Shown piece after piece: positions 51,508 to 64,000 of a stretch of 64,000 nt of DNA. The notes beneath the pieces were generated by a model, which saw nothing but the letters and a program-made list of their open reading frames with translations, had not been told where the DNA came from and did not search any database. The stretch comes from Octopus sinensis (lineage: Eukaryota). A program made the position numbers and the translations under genes. The DNA lies in contig NC_042998.1 in the NCBI RefSeq assembly GCF_006345805.1, forward strand, positions 806,001 through 870,000. The letters are read 5' to 3'. Position 1 is the stretch's first letter; each line of letters begins with the position of its first letter.

Positions 51508-52105
51508 CTTGTAGACACTACTATTATAGCTTCAAGAACTATTATTCTTTAAAAGAATTATTTCACGTCCTCTCGAAAGTTTATAAAATTCTTATGACGC
51601 CAGTATTATGTGTGCGCGTGTATTTGTATGTATGTGTGTATTTGCATGTACGTACGTACGTAAAGAAACTCGTATCAAAAGTACAAATGCATGTTTGTTT
51701 GTAAATATGTATGTGTGTAACGATTAATGTCTATTGTTACGAACGAACTAGTGCACGTTAGTGAACATATTGATTGACTGCGAAAGGGATGCGTGTAGTT
51801 TTTTTCCACGTCTAATTGATAGTTCAATTATCAATAAATTCTCAAGTAATGATCAGGAAATTAAAATACAGACATCTCAATTAGCCGATGGATTAATCTC
51901 CTACTTTATAATACCTGAATTTGCTAAATGGCGGAAATAAAAGAAAGTAAACGCCATTTTGCAATTACTTAATAATTGTAATGGCAACTCAGACGACCTT
52001 CCGACTCTTACAAATGAATTATCTGTTTCAGTTGCTGAATATATTTGGACTTTTTTTTTAATACCATATAGAAGTTATTTTTATTAGATAAGCATTTATT
52101 GTTCA

Positions 52106-52145
<40 letters not shown>

Positions 52146-52159
52146 TATATATACTGAAC

Positions 52160-52202
<43 letters not shown>

Positions 52203-52491
52203 AATATAGTTATATGTTTTACTTCTTTCCTAATGTCTGTATTAATATATCGTCTTCATTAATATGTTTTAACAACCGCTCCCATAACGATGATATTCCA
52301 TTAGTAATTTGCTAGACATGATCAGTCGATTGACAATATTGTAATTATTTCAGAGAGAGAAAATAATAAGAGATGAAAAAGAACAAGAAAAACGTTGGGC
52401 ACTTATTGCAGGATATGCTGATGCATATGCACAAGCATTGACGAATTCATATATACGCAGCTTGACAATGTTACACATATTGATATATAAC

Positions 52492-52534
<43 letters not shown>

Positions 52535-53225
52535 CATCTATCTATCCATCTATCCATCTATCTATCTGTCTGTCTATCTATCTATTTATGTCCGTCTGTT
52601 TATCTGCCTCTCTATTCATCTATCTATCTATATCTATCAATTTATGTATCTATTTATCCAACTATATATATGAATAAAAATACAAACTGGGACAAGAACG
52701 CAAAATATTTTGGAGACGATACAAAAAACATCGACAGGACATTCGAAGCCTTCAATCTTCAGTCAAGAACCGGATCATCCTCGCAATTTAGGCTGATTAA
52801 TCCTGAGATTGATCCAATCTGGCCAGCCCCAAGGAAAAGGAAGCTTCGAATGTATACAAAACAAGGACGGAAAACGGACGATGTTACACGAATATGAATA
52901 CAAAAATAATACGTAAAAACAATAATAATAATAATATAATAATAATAATAATACGTAGAAACAATAATAATAATAATAAAATAACAATAACAGGACATCA
53001 CAAACTGGCGTCTTTCGACTAGACGAATTATACTCAGCTGGCATGTTAGGAATGTGCCTTGGGGAAAGAGAAAAATGTCGATGTTACCGTTACCGCGGCT
53101 AGAACCGAAAAGGTCAGCAGTTGGTCAGTCAGTCACGTGTGAAGAGAAGAGAGAGGAAAAGAGGGACAGAGGAATTAAAGAAAGGGAGAAGAGAGAGAAA
53201 TAGAGGAACAAGGAATTAAGGAGGA

Positions 53226-53267
<42 letters not shown>

Positions 53268-53398
53268 AAAAGAGACAGGGGCAAAGTGAAGTGCAAAGTA
53301 AGAAAGGCGAAGAAATGTAGGAGAGGAGGAGAGAGACAGAGTCGTACCAAGTTTAGAGAAGTGTGTACTTACATATAAGAGAGAGGGTACGTACGTCG

Positions 53399-53474
<76 letters not shown>

Positions 53475-53478
53475 GTAC

Positions 53479-53510
<32 letters not shown>

Positions 53511-53674
53511 GGGTGTGTGTGATTGTGTATAGAAGAATATATTAATAAAAGGAATTCCAACCTTGTCTGATTTTCACGTTTTATTTACAATCTTATAATG
53601 ATATATTATAAGATAATATATTATAATTGAATAAAATAAAATGAAATAGTAGAATGTTAAATGTTCATTCTGAT

Positions 53675-53719
53675 TGAACTAGTACTTTCATGCATTGAAT
53701 TCTGCAATCTTCGGGTTCA
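53675..53719 (-). ncRNA. Minimal type I HHR in the 3' pLTR (U4C core variant)
   Basis: UGAAC CCGAAGA u UGCA gaauucaa UGCA u GAAA GUAC UA GUUCA, sense to the Penelope ORF. Confidence 0.7.
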
Positions 53720-54214
53720 TGTAGTAGTGTTGACAGTCATGCTTCACAATTTTTGACTGTAGCAAGATGATTGATTCTGTGCTATAAATACAGCTGGGGT
53801 AGGCTCCAGAGTGCTAGGTTTTGCAAACTGTATTCTGACCAATCAGTGTGTAGTATCACTCAATTACTTAAGCTGATTGGTTGGTTGAGCTGATTGGTTT
53901 AGGCATCACGCTTTGTTGGACATGTAAAGAGTCCTGTATCTTGACCCTGGCCGAAGCAGCAATTGTTGGGTTATTTTTAGAAATGTTGTAAATATCTTTT
54001 GTCAGAGATTTTTATATTTTTATATTTCAATTGTCATCATCATCATTGTCAGCACCTTAATTATTGTTGCTAGTGGTGATGGTGGTGGCAATAGAACTTT
54101 TAACCCTAAATAAGATAATTTTCCTGCTATCTTCATCTTGATCACCTTTAGTATTGTTGTTGTTGTTAGTGGTCATGGTCATAGCAGTGGAAGTAATACC
54201 TCTAAGTATTGTCA

Positions 54215-55075
54215 TTATTGCTCATTTAGCTTGGGTTCGAATTTATCAATAAAATTCTTTTCTCTGATTCTCCTCTCGATTTCACTTGGGTTGTGTAATT
54301 TGTAGAACGGAAATATTATATACATTTTCCGGCCACATGTTGCTAGGTGGTTACTCAAAGGTATCTGACGGACCTCTGGGTCTCTAATCTGTTGCCGGTG
54401 TACACGTGAGCGTTCTAATAGTGCGTTTCCCGGCTGACCTACATATATTTCTTCACAATTTGGGCATTTGATGCAGTAAATTAAATTTCTGCTTTTGCAG
54501 TTCATATTCGCGTTTGTGAATATTTTCCCGGTTTTTGTGTTTATATATTGACCGGTATGTATGAATTGGCATGTGCCACATCGGCTATCATTGCATTTAG
54601 ATACCGTGAATGTTTGGTCTTTGTTGCTAAGGTCAAATGTTGCCTTTGTTAGTAATGTTTTCAAGTTTTTAGGCTGTCTTTTACTAAGCACCATAGCTCG
54701 ATCCGTGATTATGTCTTTTAATTCATTACTTTGGGCAATGATTGGTAGGTTTGCTTTGGCAATGTTGAAGATATTCTGGTGACATGGGTTGTGTGTCACT
54801 ATGAATGGTATGACTTGTTCTTGTTTTCCTCTTCCTTGGGTTGTCCTAAGTTGTTGTATGGGTATTTTTATAGCCCGCTGTATGCCATTTTCTATAAGTA
54901 GAGATGGGTATTTTTGTTTGAGCAAAAATTCTCTTAGTTCTATTAGGCGTTTGTTCCTGATATTTGCATCTTCTACAATGGTACAAATTCTTCTGGCTAG
55001 GCAGTATGGGATGTTACGTTTTGTATGTGGTGGATGGCACGACTTAAAATTTAAAAATATAAAAATCTCTGACAA
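54215..55075 (-). CDS. Penelope-like polyprotein C-terminal fragment: RT thumb, Cys-rich linker, GIY-YIG endonuclease
   Basis: FLNFKSCHPPHTKRNIPY; KCNDSRCGTC zinc finger; CKSRNLIYCIKCPNCEEIYVGQ...R..VH...LSNH...RRIREKNFI.KF.PKLN. The first residues (MSEIFI) come from the inverted arm, so the ATG is probably not a real start. Confidence 0.9.
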   Translation of the reverse strand: MSEIFIFLNFKSCHPPHTKRNIPYCLARRICTIVEDANIRNKRLIELREFLLKQKYPSLLIENGIQRAIKIPIQQLRTTQGRGKQEQVIPFIVTHNPCHQNIFNIAKANLPIIAQSNELKDIITDRAMVLSKRQPKNLKTLLTKATFDLSNKDQTFTVSKCNDSRCGTCQFIHTGQYINTKTGKIFTNANMNCKSRNLIYCIKCPNCEEIYVGQPGNALLERSRVHRQQIRDPEVRQIPLSNHLATCGRKMYIIFPFYKLHNPSEIERRIREKNFIDKFEPKLNEQ

Positions 55076-55174
55076 AGGATATTTACAACATTTCTAAAAA
55101 TAACCCAACAATTGCTGCTTCGGCCAGGGTCAAGATACAGGACTCTTGACATGTCCAACAAAGCGTGATGCCTA

Positions 55175-55295
55175 AACCAATCAGCTCAACCAACCAATCA
55201 GCTTAAGTAATTGAGTGATACTACACACTGATTGGTCAGAATACAGTTTGCAAAACCTAGCACTCTGGAGCCTACCCCAGCTGTATTTATAGCAC
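55175..55295 (+). promoter_or_regulatory. Putative pLTR Pol II promoter: three CCAAT boxes and a TATA-like motif (mirror copy on the minus strand near 53780-53900)
   Basis: CCAAT at 55177 and 55194, ATTGG at 55231, TATTTATA at 55284-91, about 65 nt upstream of the HHR. Confidence 0.5.
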
Positions 55296-55354
55296 AGAAT
55301 CAATCATCTTGCTACAGTCAAAAATTGTGAAGCATGACTGTCAACACTACTACA

Positions 55355-55399
55355 TGAACCCGAAGATTGCAGAATTCAATGCATGAAAGTACTAGTTCA
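55355..55399 (+). ncRNA. Minimal type I HHR in the inverted pLTR copy
   Basis: Same sequence as 53675-53719: core 55360-66, GAAA 55385-88, CUA cleavage after 55394. Confidence 0.7.
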
Positions 55400-55528
55400 A
55401 TCAGAATGAACATTTAACATTCTACTATTTCATTTTATTTTATTCAATTATAATATATTATCTTATAATATATCATTATAAGATTGTAAATAAAACGTGA
55501 AAATCAGACAAGGTTGGAATTCCTTTTA

Positions 55529-55578
<50 letters not shown>

Positions 55579-55582
55579 TATA

Positions 55583-55794
55583 TTAGTCTTTTACTCTTTT
55601 ACTTATTTCAGTCATATGACTGCGGCCATGCTGGAGCACAACCTTTAGTCGAGCAAATCGACCCCGGGACTTATTCTTTGTAAGCCCAGTACTTATTCTA
55701 TCGGGCTCTTTTGCCGGACCACTAAGTGACGGGGACGTAAACACACCAGCATCGGTTGTCAGGCAATGCTAGCGGGACAAACACAGACACACAA

Positions 55795-55800
<6 letters not shown>
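55583..55800 (-). mobile_element. tRNA-derived SINE (10912 family), 3' half
   Basis: Reverse-complement match to 11100-11310. Further decayed copies lie near 21730, 31620, 57100, 57715 and 58880. Confidence 0.85.
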
Positions 55801-55841
<41 letters not shown>

Positions 55842-56646
55842 CACACACACACAATTATAAATAAGGGCAAAAGAAAAAATTTCTATGCCAAAATGCTGAG
55901 AAATAGACTTTAAATCGTCCACAGAATTTTTTTCTTTTGCCCTTATTTATAATTGTTTATAATTTTCACCTTTAAAGGTATTTTAATATGCTGGTCACTT
56001 GATGAAATTTTTGAAAAACATTTTCATCCTATACTAGCAGCTAAGCCCTGTTTCACCCGGTCTGTTTGGATGATGTGGCTGTGATCGTTTTCGGTCAGGC
56101 ATAATCTATAACAGCGTTTCTCAACCTTATGTTTTCGGGTCCCCTGTTTCGATTGGAGCCTCTAGCTATATGAAAATTTCCTGACCCCACCCCATCAAAA
56201 GAAACAGCTTCTAAGCAACTGAAAGAGAATTCCATTAGAAAAAGTTTTAATCGATTTTCTCGGTAAGTATGGGTGCTAGGAAAAAAATACAAACCACATT
56301 CCAATCTATGCACCCTTCTCCACGTGTGTGCTATTTTTCATGCAAATCAATCCAGCCGTTTGGCTGTGAACCTCAAGACAAGAAAGAAGACAACGATCGC
56401 CCATACATGTGTGTGTGTGAGCGCACGCGTGCATCTATATATGTGTGCGTGTGTGCATCTATATATGTGTATGTGTGCATCTATGTGTGTGTGGGTGTGT
56501 GCATGTATGTGTCTCATCATTGTCATCATCATCATCATTTCCATTGCTTAACATCTGTTTTTCTTGCATGCAGGGGTAGGACGGTAGAAGACTGCTCCAG
56601 GCTAGTGTGTCTTGGCAGGATTTTTATGGCTGGATGCGCTTCCTAA

Positions 56647-56687
<41 letters not shown>

Positions 56688-56736
56688 GCGCGTGTGTGTG
56701 TGATCATTTCTTCTACTTAAAAGAGAGCAAAGCTAC

Positions 56737-57002
56737 TGGAAACCAAAAGACGAATGATCACAATAAGCAGTCAGTTACCCTACCCTAGTCGCTACCACTC
56801 CCAAAGTAAGATTCCTTACCATCCAGGTGACAGGCTCACCCGTAAGATGCATTACGAATCTATAGCAATTGGAAGGGCGTGACCCAACTAAAATCAACAT
56901 TAACAACTGTTTGACGTGAGGGCTAAGGAGAAATTAAAGTGTCTCGTCTGGAGTTTGCAAATGACCACTATACTGATACGTAACTGGACAGAATGAATTT
57001 AA

Positions 57003-57003
<1 letters not shown>
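56737..57003 (+). mobile_element. Second copy of the 267-bp unclassified repeat
   Basis: Reverse complement of 22651-22917. Confidence 0.7.
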
Positions 57004-57036
<33 letters not shown>

Positions 57037-57432
57037 ATCTATATATATATGTTACATACATGTACACACATACATTTGCGTTTATCTACATATATATGCG
57101 TGTGTGTGCTTGTGTTTGTCCCGCCGACTGCTTGACAACGGGGGTTGGCTTTTTTACACCTATATTAGCGTTTCGGCAAAATACATAGACAGAATTAGTA
57201 CCATACTTTAAAAAAAAAATTATTATTATAGGGGGTCGATTTCTTCGACTAAAACCCTTCAGTCCACCCATCGTAACTAGCAAAAAGGAAAAGGAAGAAA
57301 TGTGAGAGAAATTATAACAATGTAAGAGCGTTCTCATATAGCATTTGTTATCTTCGGAAATTCTTCATAACTTTAATTATCCTTCTTAATCTTGAATAGT
57401 TTTCTTAATCTTTGATATTTTCTTAGAAAAAA

Positions 57433-57663
57433 GGCAGCGAGCTGGCAGAGTGGTTAGCACGCCGGGCGAAATGCATAGCCGAATTTCGTCCGTCTTTACG
57501 TTCTGAGTTCAAATTCCGCCGAGGTCGACTTTGCCTTTCATCCTTTCGGGGTCGATATATTAAGTACCAGTTACGCACTGGGGTCGATGTAATAGATTTA
57601 ATCCGTATATCTGTCCTTGTTTGTCCCCTCTGTGTTTAGCCCCTTGTGGGCAGTAAAGAATTA
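57433..57663 (+). mobile_element. CORE-type tRNA-derived SINE, well preserved
   Basis: ggcagcgagctggcagagtggttagcacgccgggc...gttctgagttcaaattccgccgaggtcgactttgcctttcatcctttcggggtcgat. Confidence 0.9.
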
Positions 57664-58094
57664 GATATTTTCTTAGAAACACGGATACCTTTCTTAATTT
57701 CAACCTCATTTATATTTCATCTGTTACTTGTTTCAGTCATTAGATTGCGGCCATGCAGAGGCAGAGGCCTTGAAGAATTTTAGCAGTAGTTATCGATCCT
57801 AGTAATTATTATCTTTTCTTGGAAAGCCTGGTACTTATTCTACCTGTCGCATTTGTCGAGCCATTAAGATACAGGCTAGTAAACAAACCAACAGCGGTTG
57901 TCAAGCAGTGGTAACAGGGAACAAACACAGACACAGGGACGCACACACACATACAGACATCACACACACATATGTATCTCGCACACACACATACACATAT
58001 CAAGCACGCACGCACACAAGCACACACGCACATAAGCACACACACACACATATACATATACAGTGATACAATTTGAGTAATAAAAACAGATATG

Positions 58095-58249
58095 GAAGAA
58101 GGGGAAGAAGGAGGAGGAGGAGGAGGAGGAGGAAGAGGAGGAGGACGACGACGACGACGATGGCGATGATGATAATGATGATGGTGGAGAAGAAGAGAAA
58201 AATACGAAAAAGAAGAAGAGAAGGAAGAGAAGAAGAAAAAGAAGAAACA

Positions 58250-58291
<42 letters not shown>

Positions 58292-58358
58292 TAATAATAA
58301 TTATTATTATTATTATAAGAAGAAGAAGTAGTAGAATAAGAAGAAGAAGAAGAAGAAT

Positions 58359-58414
<56 letters not shown>

Positions 58415-58420
58415 TAATTA
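58095..58420. repeat. Compound trinucleotide microsatellite (GAG/GAC/GAT/GAA/TAA/TAG)
   Basis: Seen directly. Confidence 0.95.
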
Positions 58421-59328
58421 AAATACTGAAAAGAATTGCTGACGACTGTTTCTGCTTTCTGCTGTTAGTGCAGTTGCAATGGAGAATATTTCCAGTTGGT
58501 TGCCGAGAATTTGATATAACACGATGATGAATTAATATGGCATCGGTAACCAACTTTCAGGTCCAAGAGCTATGCAGGCTTTTGATGTTCCCCATCTGTG
58601 ACACATTGATTCGTGACAGCATATGGAAGTCGTTGCTTTAGGAACGGAAGTGAGATATTTCTTGTAGGTTAGAGAAATGTAAGGAAAAACGATGCCATGT
58701 CGTTCTTACACTGTCCCTAGCTGCTAGGAACATACATTGCTACATCCAGACAGTTTGAATGTACATTTTTTGTATTCTTCGATTTAGTGTTTCCTCCAAA
58801 ACAGTCCACTTTAATAGATGACTTATGTGAATTAAATATATGATTGGATCGACAAATGTGATAATTAATACTTTTTGGCTGAATGGTAAGAAGGTTGCTT
58901 TCCAACTGCAGGATTTTGTGTTCAGTTCCACTACTTGGCATCTTGGGCAAGAGTCTACTACTATATGGCTGCCAGCAGACACACACACGCACATGCACCT
59001 ATACATATACATGCACATATACGTATACATATATGCGATGAGCTTCTCCCAGTTTCCGCCTACCAAATCTACTCACAAGACTTTGGTCGGCCTGGAGTCA
59101 TAACAGAAAATACTTGCCCAATGTGCCGCATAGTGACACTGAACCTGAAAGCACATGGACAAACCAGCTTTCGCTCCTCCTCCTCCTCCTCTTTCTTCAT
59201 TTTCTCCTGATTCTTGTCAGATGACCAATGTAAGGGAGCCTAGATTACAGCACGCCTTGGTTGGTGAGCCACACTAAATATTGTGCAAACCCTCCTGCCA
59301 TCACCCAAACCATCGCAACTTCTACAGT

Positions 59329-59735
59329 ACTCTTTTAGTCTTTTACTTGTTTCAGTCATTTGACTGTGGCCATGCTGGAGCACCACCTTTTAGTCGAGCA
59401 AATCCACCCCAGGACTTATTCTTTGTAAGCCTAGTACTTATTCTATCGGTCTCTTTTGCCGAACCGCCAGGTTACGGGGACGTAAACACACCAGCATCGG
59501 TTGTCAAGCGATGTTGGGGGACAAACACAGACACACAAACATATACACATAAACATACATATATATACATATATACATATATACGACGGACTTCTTTCAG
59601 TTTCCGTCTACCAAATCCACTCACAAGGCTTTGGTCGGCCCGAGGCTATAGTAGAAGACACTTGCCCAAGGTGTCACGCAATGGGACTGAACCCGGAACC
59701 ATGTGGTTGGCAAGCAAGCTACTTACCACACAGCC
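59329..59735 (-). mobile_element. tRNA-derived SINE (10912 family), full length
   Basis: Reverse-complement match from head to tail. Confidence 0.9.
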
Positions 59736-60264
59736 ACTCCTGTGCCTATAAATTATTTTTTTAAAGCCCGTTACCATGAAAAAACAAAAAAGAAAACCCA
59801 CCAAATATAACATAAACGACCTCGACAACAACATCAAGAGTAGAGAAAGTCTCATGGTTAACCAGAATAAGCTGAATGAAAACAACAAAATAAGCAAAGA
59901 AAATGTTGGAACGATAACAGCAAAAGCAACGGCAAGAATTCATAGGCAAACACCTCAATACCACTTTTCTACGAAAGGTGAACACTGAATTTTTTGTATG
60001 TTTGTGTGTGGGGTTATTGCTGGTGGTTGCGGCGGCCGTGCTGGTAGCCAATGAGTAATATTAAATTATTAGAAACATGCAAACAACCAGATAAGGCATC
60101 GATCAAGCCGTCTCGAAGGCGACAGCTGACAGGTTTATGGTAAGAAGAAATTAGAAGTTTATACACAATGGCTGTTGAAATTCTTGAGACCAGTGAGATT
60201 TTAAAATGAAAGCTACTTATTCAATGACACAGGGACCTTTACGACATCGACTGAAAAGTACGTA

Positions 60265-60600
60265 GGCTGACCAAAATGCGCTCATGGAATATGATCAAAT
60301 AAGGTTTATTTTTCAACAGTCACTCTTGCGATCTGCACACTCCTCCCATGGGTGTTTCAGTGCCTGGATTCCATTAGTGAAGAAGCTTTAATTCTGTTGG
60401 TCATCAGCAGCAGACATGACGCCAACATCCCTGCAAAATGTTTCCCAGTCAAGTGTTTTTTCATATTGAGGAACAGATAAAAGTCAGATGGGCCCCAATC
60501 CGGAGATTAGGGAAGGTGGTCAGCCAGTTCAAAGCCAGTAACGCATTGAGAGCAAGGACTTATGCGCTCGAACATTGTCTGGGTGAAACAAGACCCCTCG
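60265..60600 (-). pseudogene. Mariner transposase C-terminal remnant
   Basis: GVLFHPDNVRAH...FELADH.P...SDF resembles GVLFHQDNAP.H...FELL.HPPYSPDLAPSDF. Confidence 0.7.
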
Positions 60601-62348
60601 TATAAAATCCCGAAACCTGATTGCCCGGTTGACTTAAATAAAAGTTTAGCAAACGCTTTCAGTTCTGAGGATTGAGGTCGGCTTGCAGGCAACAATATTT
60701 ACTTACGATTTCATGCTACTAAATCTCGTCAAAGTGCACTCTGTCTTTAATCGTTTTGTGGGGTGGTACAATACATACCGGATAAGTACTACCCCTCCTT
60801 CAAATTGTGTGGCCTTGTGCCTAGATTAGAATTCAATGTTGTTATTGTTGCAATTGCACTAGAAGTTTCCGGCATGCAAGTTAACTTAATATATAGTGTA
60901 TACATGCAGTGTAAACATTCAAACATTATCACTATCTTTCCAAATCCTGTTGCATTCTAATGGAATTTTTACCTCTTCTAAAGTCGTCTTGGTGTATAAG
61001 TCGACCTATATTATTTTGGTTATAAATTTTGAACTGAAAAATTCGACTTGTATACCGGAAAATATGGTATGCTTTTGTTGTTTCTTAGCGTCAAGTTATA
61101 ATTAATCGAGTAGATCTATGTTCAGAGGCTTTCCAGATATGATCATCCCTTCTTTTCCTCAGACTTGATGCATTATCCACAATATCGTCCTTCAATTACC
61201 CTCAGTTCAAACGTTACAGCCTTTAACGTGTGAACTGAAGGAAATTTGGCTGTTATTTCTGTTAAATTCAGTGACTACATGGAAACTGCCTTGTTGTCTC
61301 CTTATGTTTCTCTTTCCAGTAATGGCGTTTCCATTCATATTCACCATATGGGATAATTTACATGTAAAATTAAGCAAAATTTACACGTTGCTTAATGAAA
61401 TTTTAATTCCTATTTAATGTATCTCAGCAGCCAACATAGAAAGACACAAATATCTAAGGTCATAAGCAACCATGTTATAATTCTCTTGAGATACCAAAAT
61501 ATTTTGTGATATTATACACGAATGGATGTCTCCTACATTTAAAATAATATTTAAAAACATATGAATAAATGAAATGCGAACACAACATTAAAATGTTAAT
61601 CATTATTTCTGCTTTGTTAAAACATTCTATTTCGTCCCCGTTTTGGAAATATAATAATACAGTATTCTTTTGAAGTAATGTTTTCTGTTGGCTGTGTTTT
61701 CCTTTATGTAAAAGTTCCTGCAGATAATATTAATACTGGTTCCTTATTCTTAGACGGGCATGACATCTCGAGAGAATATTAAAATTATTATGACGTTACA
61801 CGCGAAATATTGAAGTTTAGAATACAAAAACATGGACGGCTATAAGAGCATTTGTTATTTCAACTGTTTTGACTCAAAATAAAAGGGTATAAAAACAATA
61901 TGGTAATGTAGCACAAAGTTAAATTACATAATTCACGATCTACTCTGCAATTGCTGAAGGATATGTGTTCGAATTCTCTAGTGAATATCTTAGCGTTTTT
62001 ATTCATTTAGTTGTTCGGTGTTAATATAATATTATATATATATATATACTTGTGAACATGCACAGAACTGTTCAAAACCTAGCTGGATTATTTCTGACAT
62101 ATGTTGTTAGCAATGTGATGTCGGAAAAAAATACAGCTTCATTATAATCGCATGTTGAGGACGGTGGATGGCAGATTCAACGGAACAACGGGAAAATCCC
62201 CTTGCGTTATATAACTACATAGTATAAGAAAGGATTTAATGGAGTATTTGGGATCTAGTGACTAAGTTACGAATTAAGATTGTACAATAAACATGCACAA
62301 CTCGAATCTGCTGCCCTCTTTCTCTCTCTAACAATATATACATACATG

Positions 62349-62384
<36 letters not shown>

Positions 62385-63751
62385 ATACGCACACAGATAT
62401 CGAATCTTAAAATTTTATTCCATAAACAATTATTATTCAAAATGACGTACATACATACACACACTGCGTTTAGGGAACTATGCATGTATGTATGTCATTG
62501 TTTAGTTACATTTCAAGGTTTCTTGCCAATAGAGAAAGAGCCGGTTTCAAACCTAGATCCAAAGATCCTTAATTAGAATTTCAGCAAAATCAACAGCGTG
62601 TGCATGTATGTACACATCAACAGGCAGTTATATATTGGTTTCAAATTTTGGCACAAGGCCAACAATGTCAGAGAAGGGGTAAGTCAACTACGACTCCAGT
62701 CCTGAGCAGGTACTCATTTCGTCGACCCCGAAAGGATTAAAGGCAAAATCGACCTCGGCAGAATTTGAACTCAGAACATGAAGACGGGTGAAATTCTGTT
62801 AAACATTTTCCCCGGTGTGCTACGATTCTGCCAGCTCACCACCTTAAAAGGACAGTTATATATAATAATAAATAATTATTCCATTGTCTATAAGCAAGGA
62901 AATAAACGAATCTCGGCCATTTTTGAAGGTAGGTATTCAGTTGTTCAATTTTCACCTCCTGCACCATGATGCAGATATTATTGATCTTTATGTATCCCAG
63001 TTGAAGTGAAATATCCCTCAATATATCTAACTGCTGCAATATTGGCCCCCTATAGGATCATGCGAATTGAAACTGTTAAGACAGCTAATTTAGAATGGTC
63101 ATGAAGTAGATGCGGCCGAACTGAAATAATCCAAGCTCTGAAAATGTAACAGAAACCTTCCGCACACAGGATTGTCCTCAAGTGGTGACCATTCAATGCT
63201 TCAGAACAATGATCAAAATTAAGAATCAAAATTAAGACCCTAAGAAGTATCGTATGAAGTAGAACTTGTTCTCGATTGATTCACCGGAAATTGCACAGAC
63301 TTCTCTGAAACACAGATAATGCTGAGAAATACCTGAGATTCGCATGACCAAGCGGCATGTAAATGAAATTGGGTGTCGAAGTAAGGAAATTAGTTTGACA
63401 ATCGTTTCTCTTCTTATAGACCATAATAATCGCAAACAATTTAGTAGATACAAAACCACCAGTATCACAAGGTAAAAGGGACGTTTGTATTTGCTGTTTC
63501 GAGCAGGGTCCATAAATAAAGTACCAGCATTATACGGGAGTTGATTCTTCTCCTTATCTCAAAGTCGTCCTCTCTTATTCTTTCACGAAGTAATAGGCTG
63601 AGTCAAGACTTTAAGAGGGCCAAAAGAAGGATGCCTCCTCCCCCCTCTCTTTGTCTCTCTTTCTCCAATATCTATCTATCTATCTATCTATCTATCTGTC
63701 TGTCTGTGTGTGTGTATATATATATATATGTATATATACAAATACATATAC

Positions 63752-63817
<66 letters not shown>

Positions 63818-64000
63818 GGACGCACGCACATGCACAAGGACACATATACACATGTTTCCTGTATACACATATCTGACTTATGGAAGTAATGCAATTCTAT
63901 ATATAATTTGCTTTTATTCTATACATAAACATGCACACAAACACAGACACACTCGGACAGACACGTGCGCACGCACACACACAACTACATATACGCATAT

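Larger units (their letters stand above)
53537..55537 (-). mobile_element. Penelope-like element (Neptune-type), 5'-truncated, with a 3' pLTR and an inverted pLTR copy at the 5' end
   Basis: 486-bp inverted repeats at 53537-54022 and 55052-55537 (2 mismatches seen) flank an RT-thumb/GIY-YIG fragment; TA microsatellite lies outside both arms. Confidence 0.9.

Overview
AT-rich, microsatellite-dense eukaryotic DNA with no recognisable host exon. The SINE families look like those of octopus/coleoid cephalopods (recognition from memory, not a database search). Nearly all non-simple sequence is transposon-derived: Tigger and mariner remnants, an RTE LINE, CR1/L2-type fragments, R4/Dong-clade LINEs stacked in (TAA)n tracts, a Tx1/L1-like ORF1 with a CCHC knuckle, a Neptune-type Penelope element with 486-bp inverted repeats, and many tRNA-derived SINEs. 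Most ORF-track entries are microsatellite translations. The main unexplained signal is a cluster of type I hammerhead ribozymes (HHRs) read by eye: about 8 intact or near-intact copies plus several decayed ones, from about 5 families, almost all beside (TA)n tracts. These include a 479-nt tandem unit bracketed by two HHRs (retrozyme-like) and a circularly permuted, structurally covarying relative 32 kb away. All alignments and folds were done by eye and need computational confirmation.
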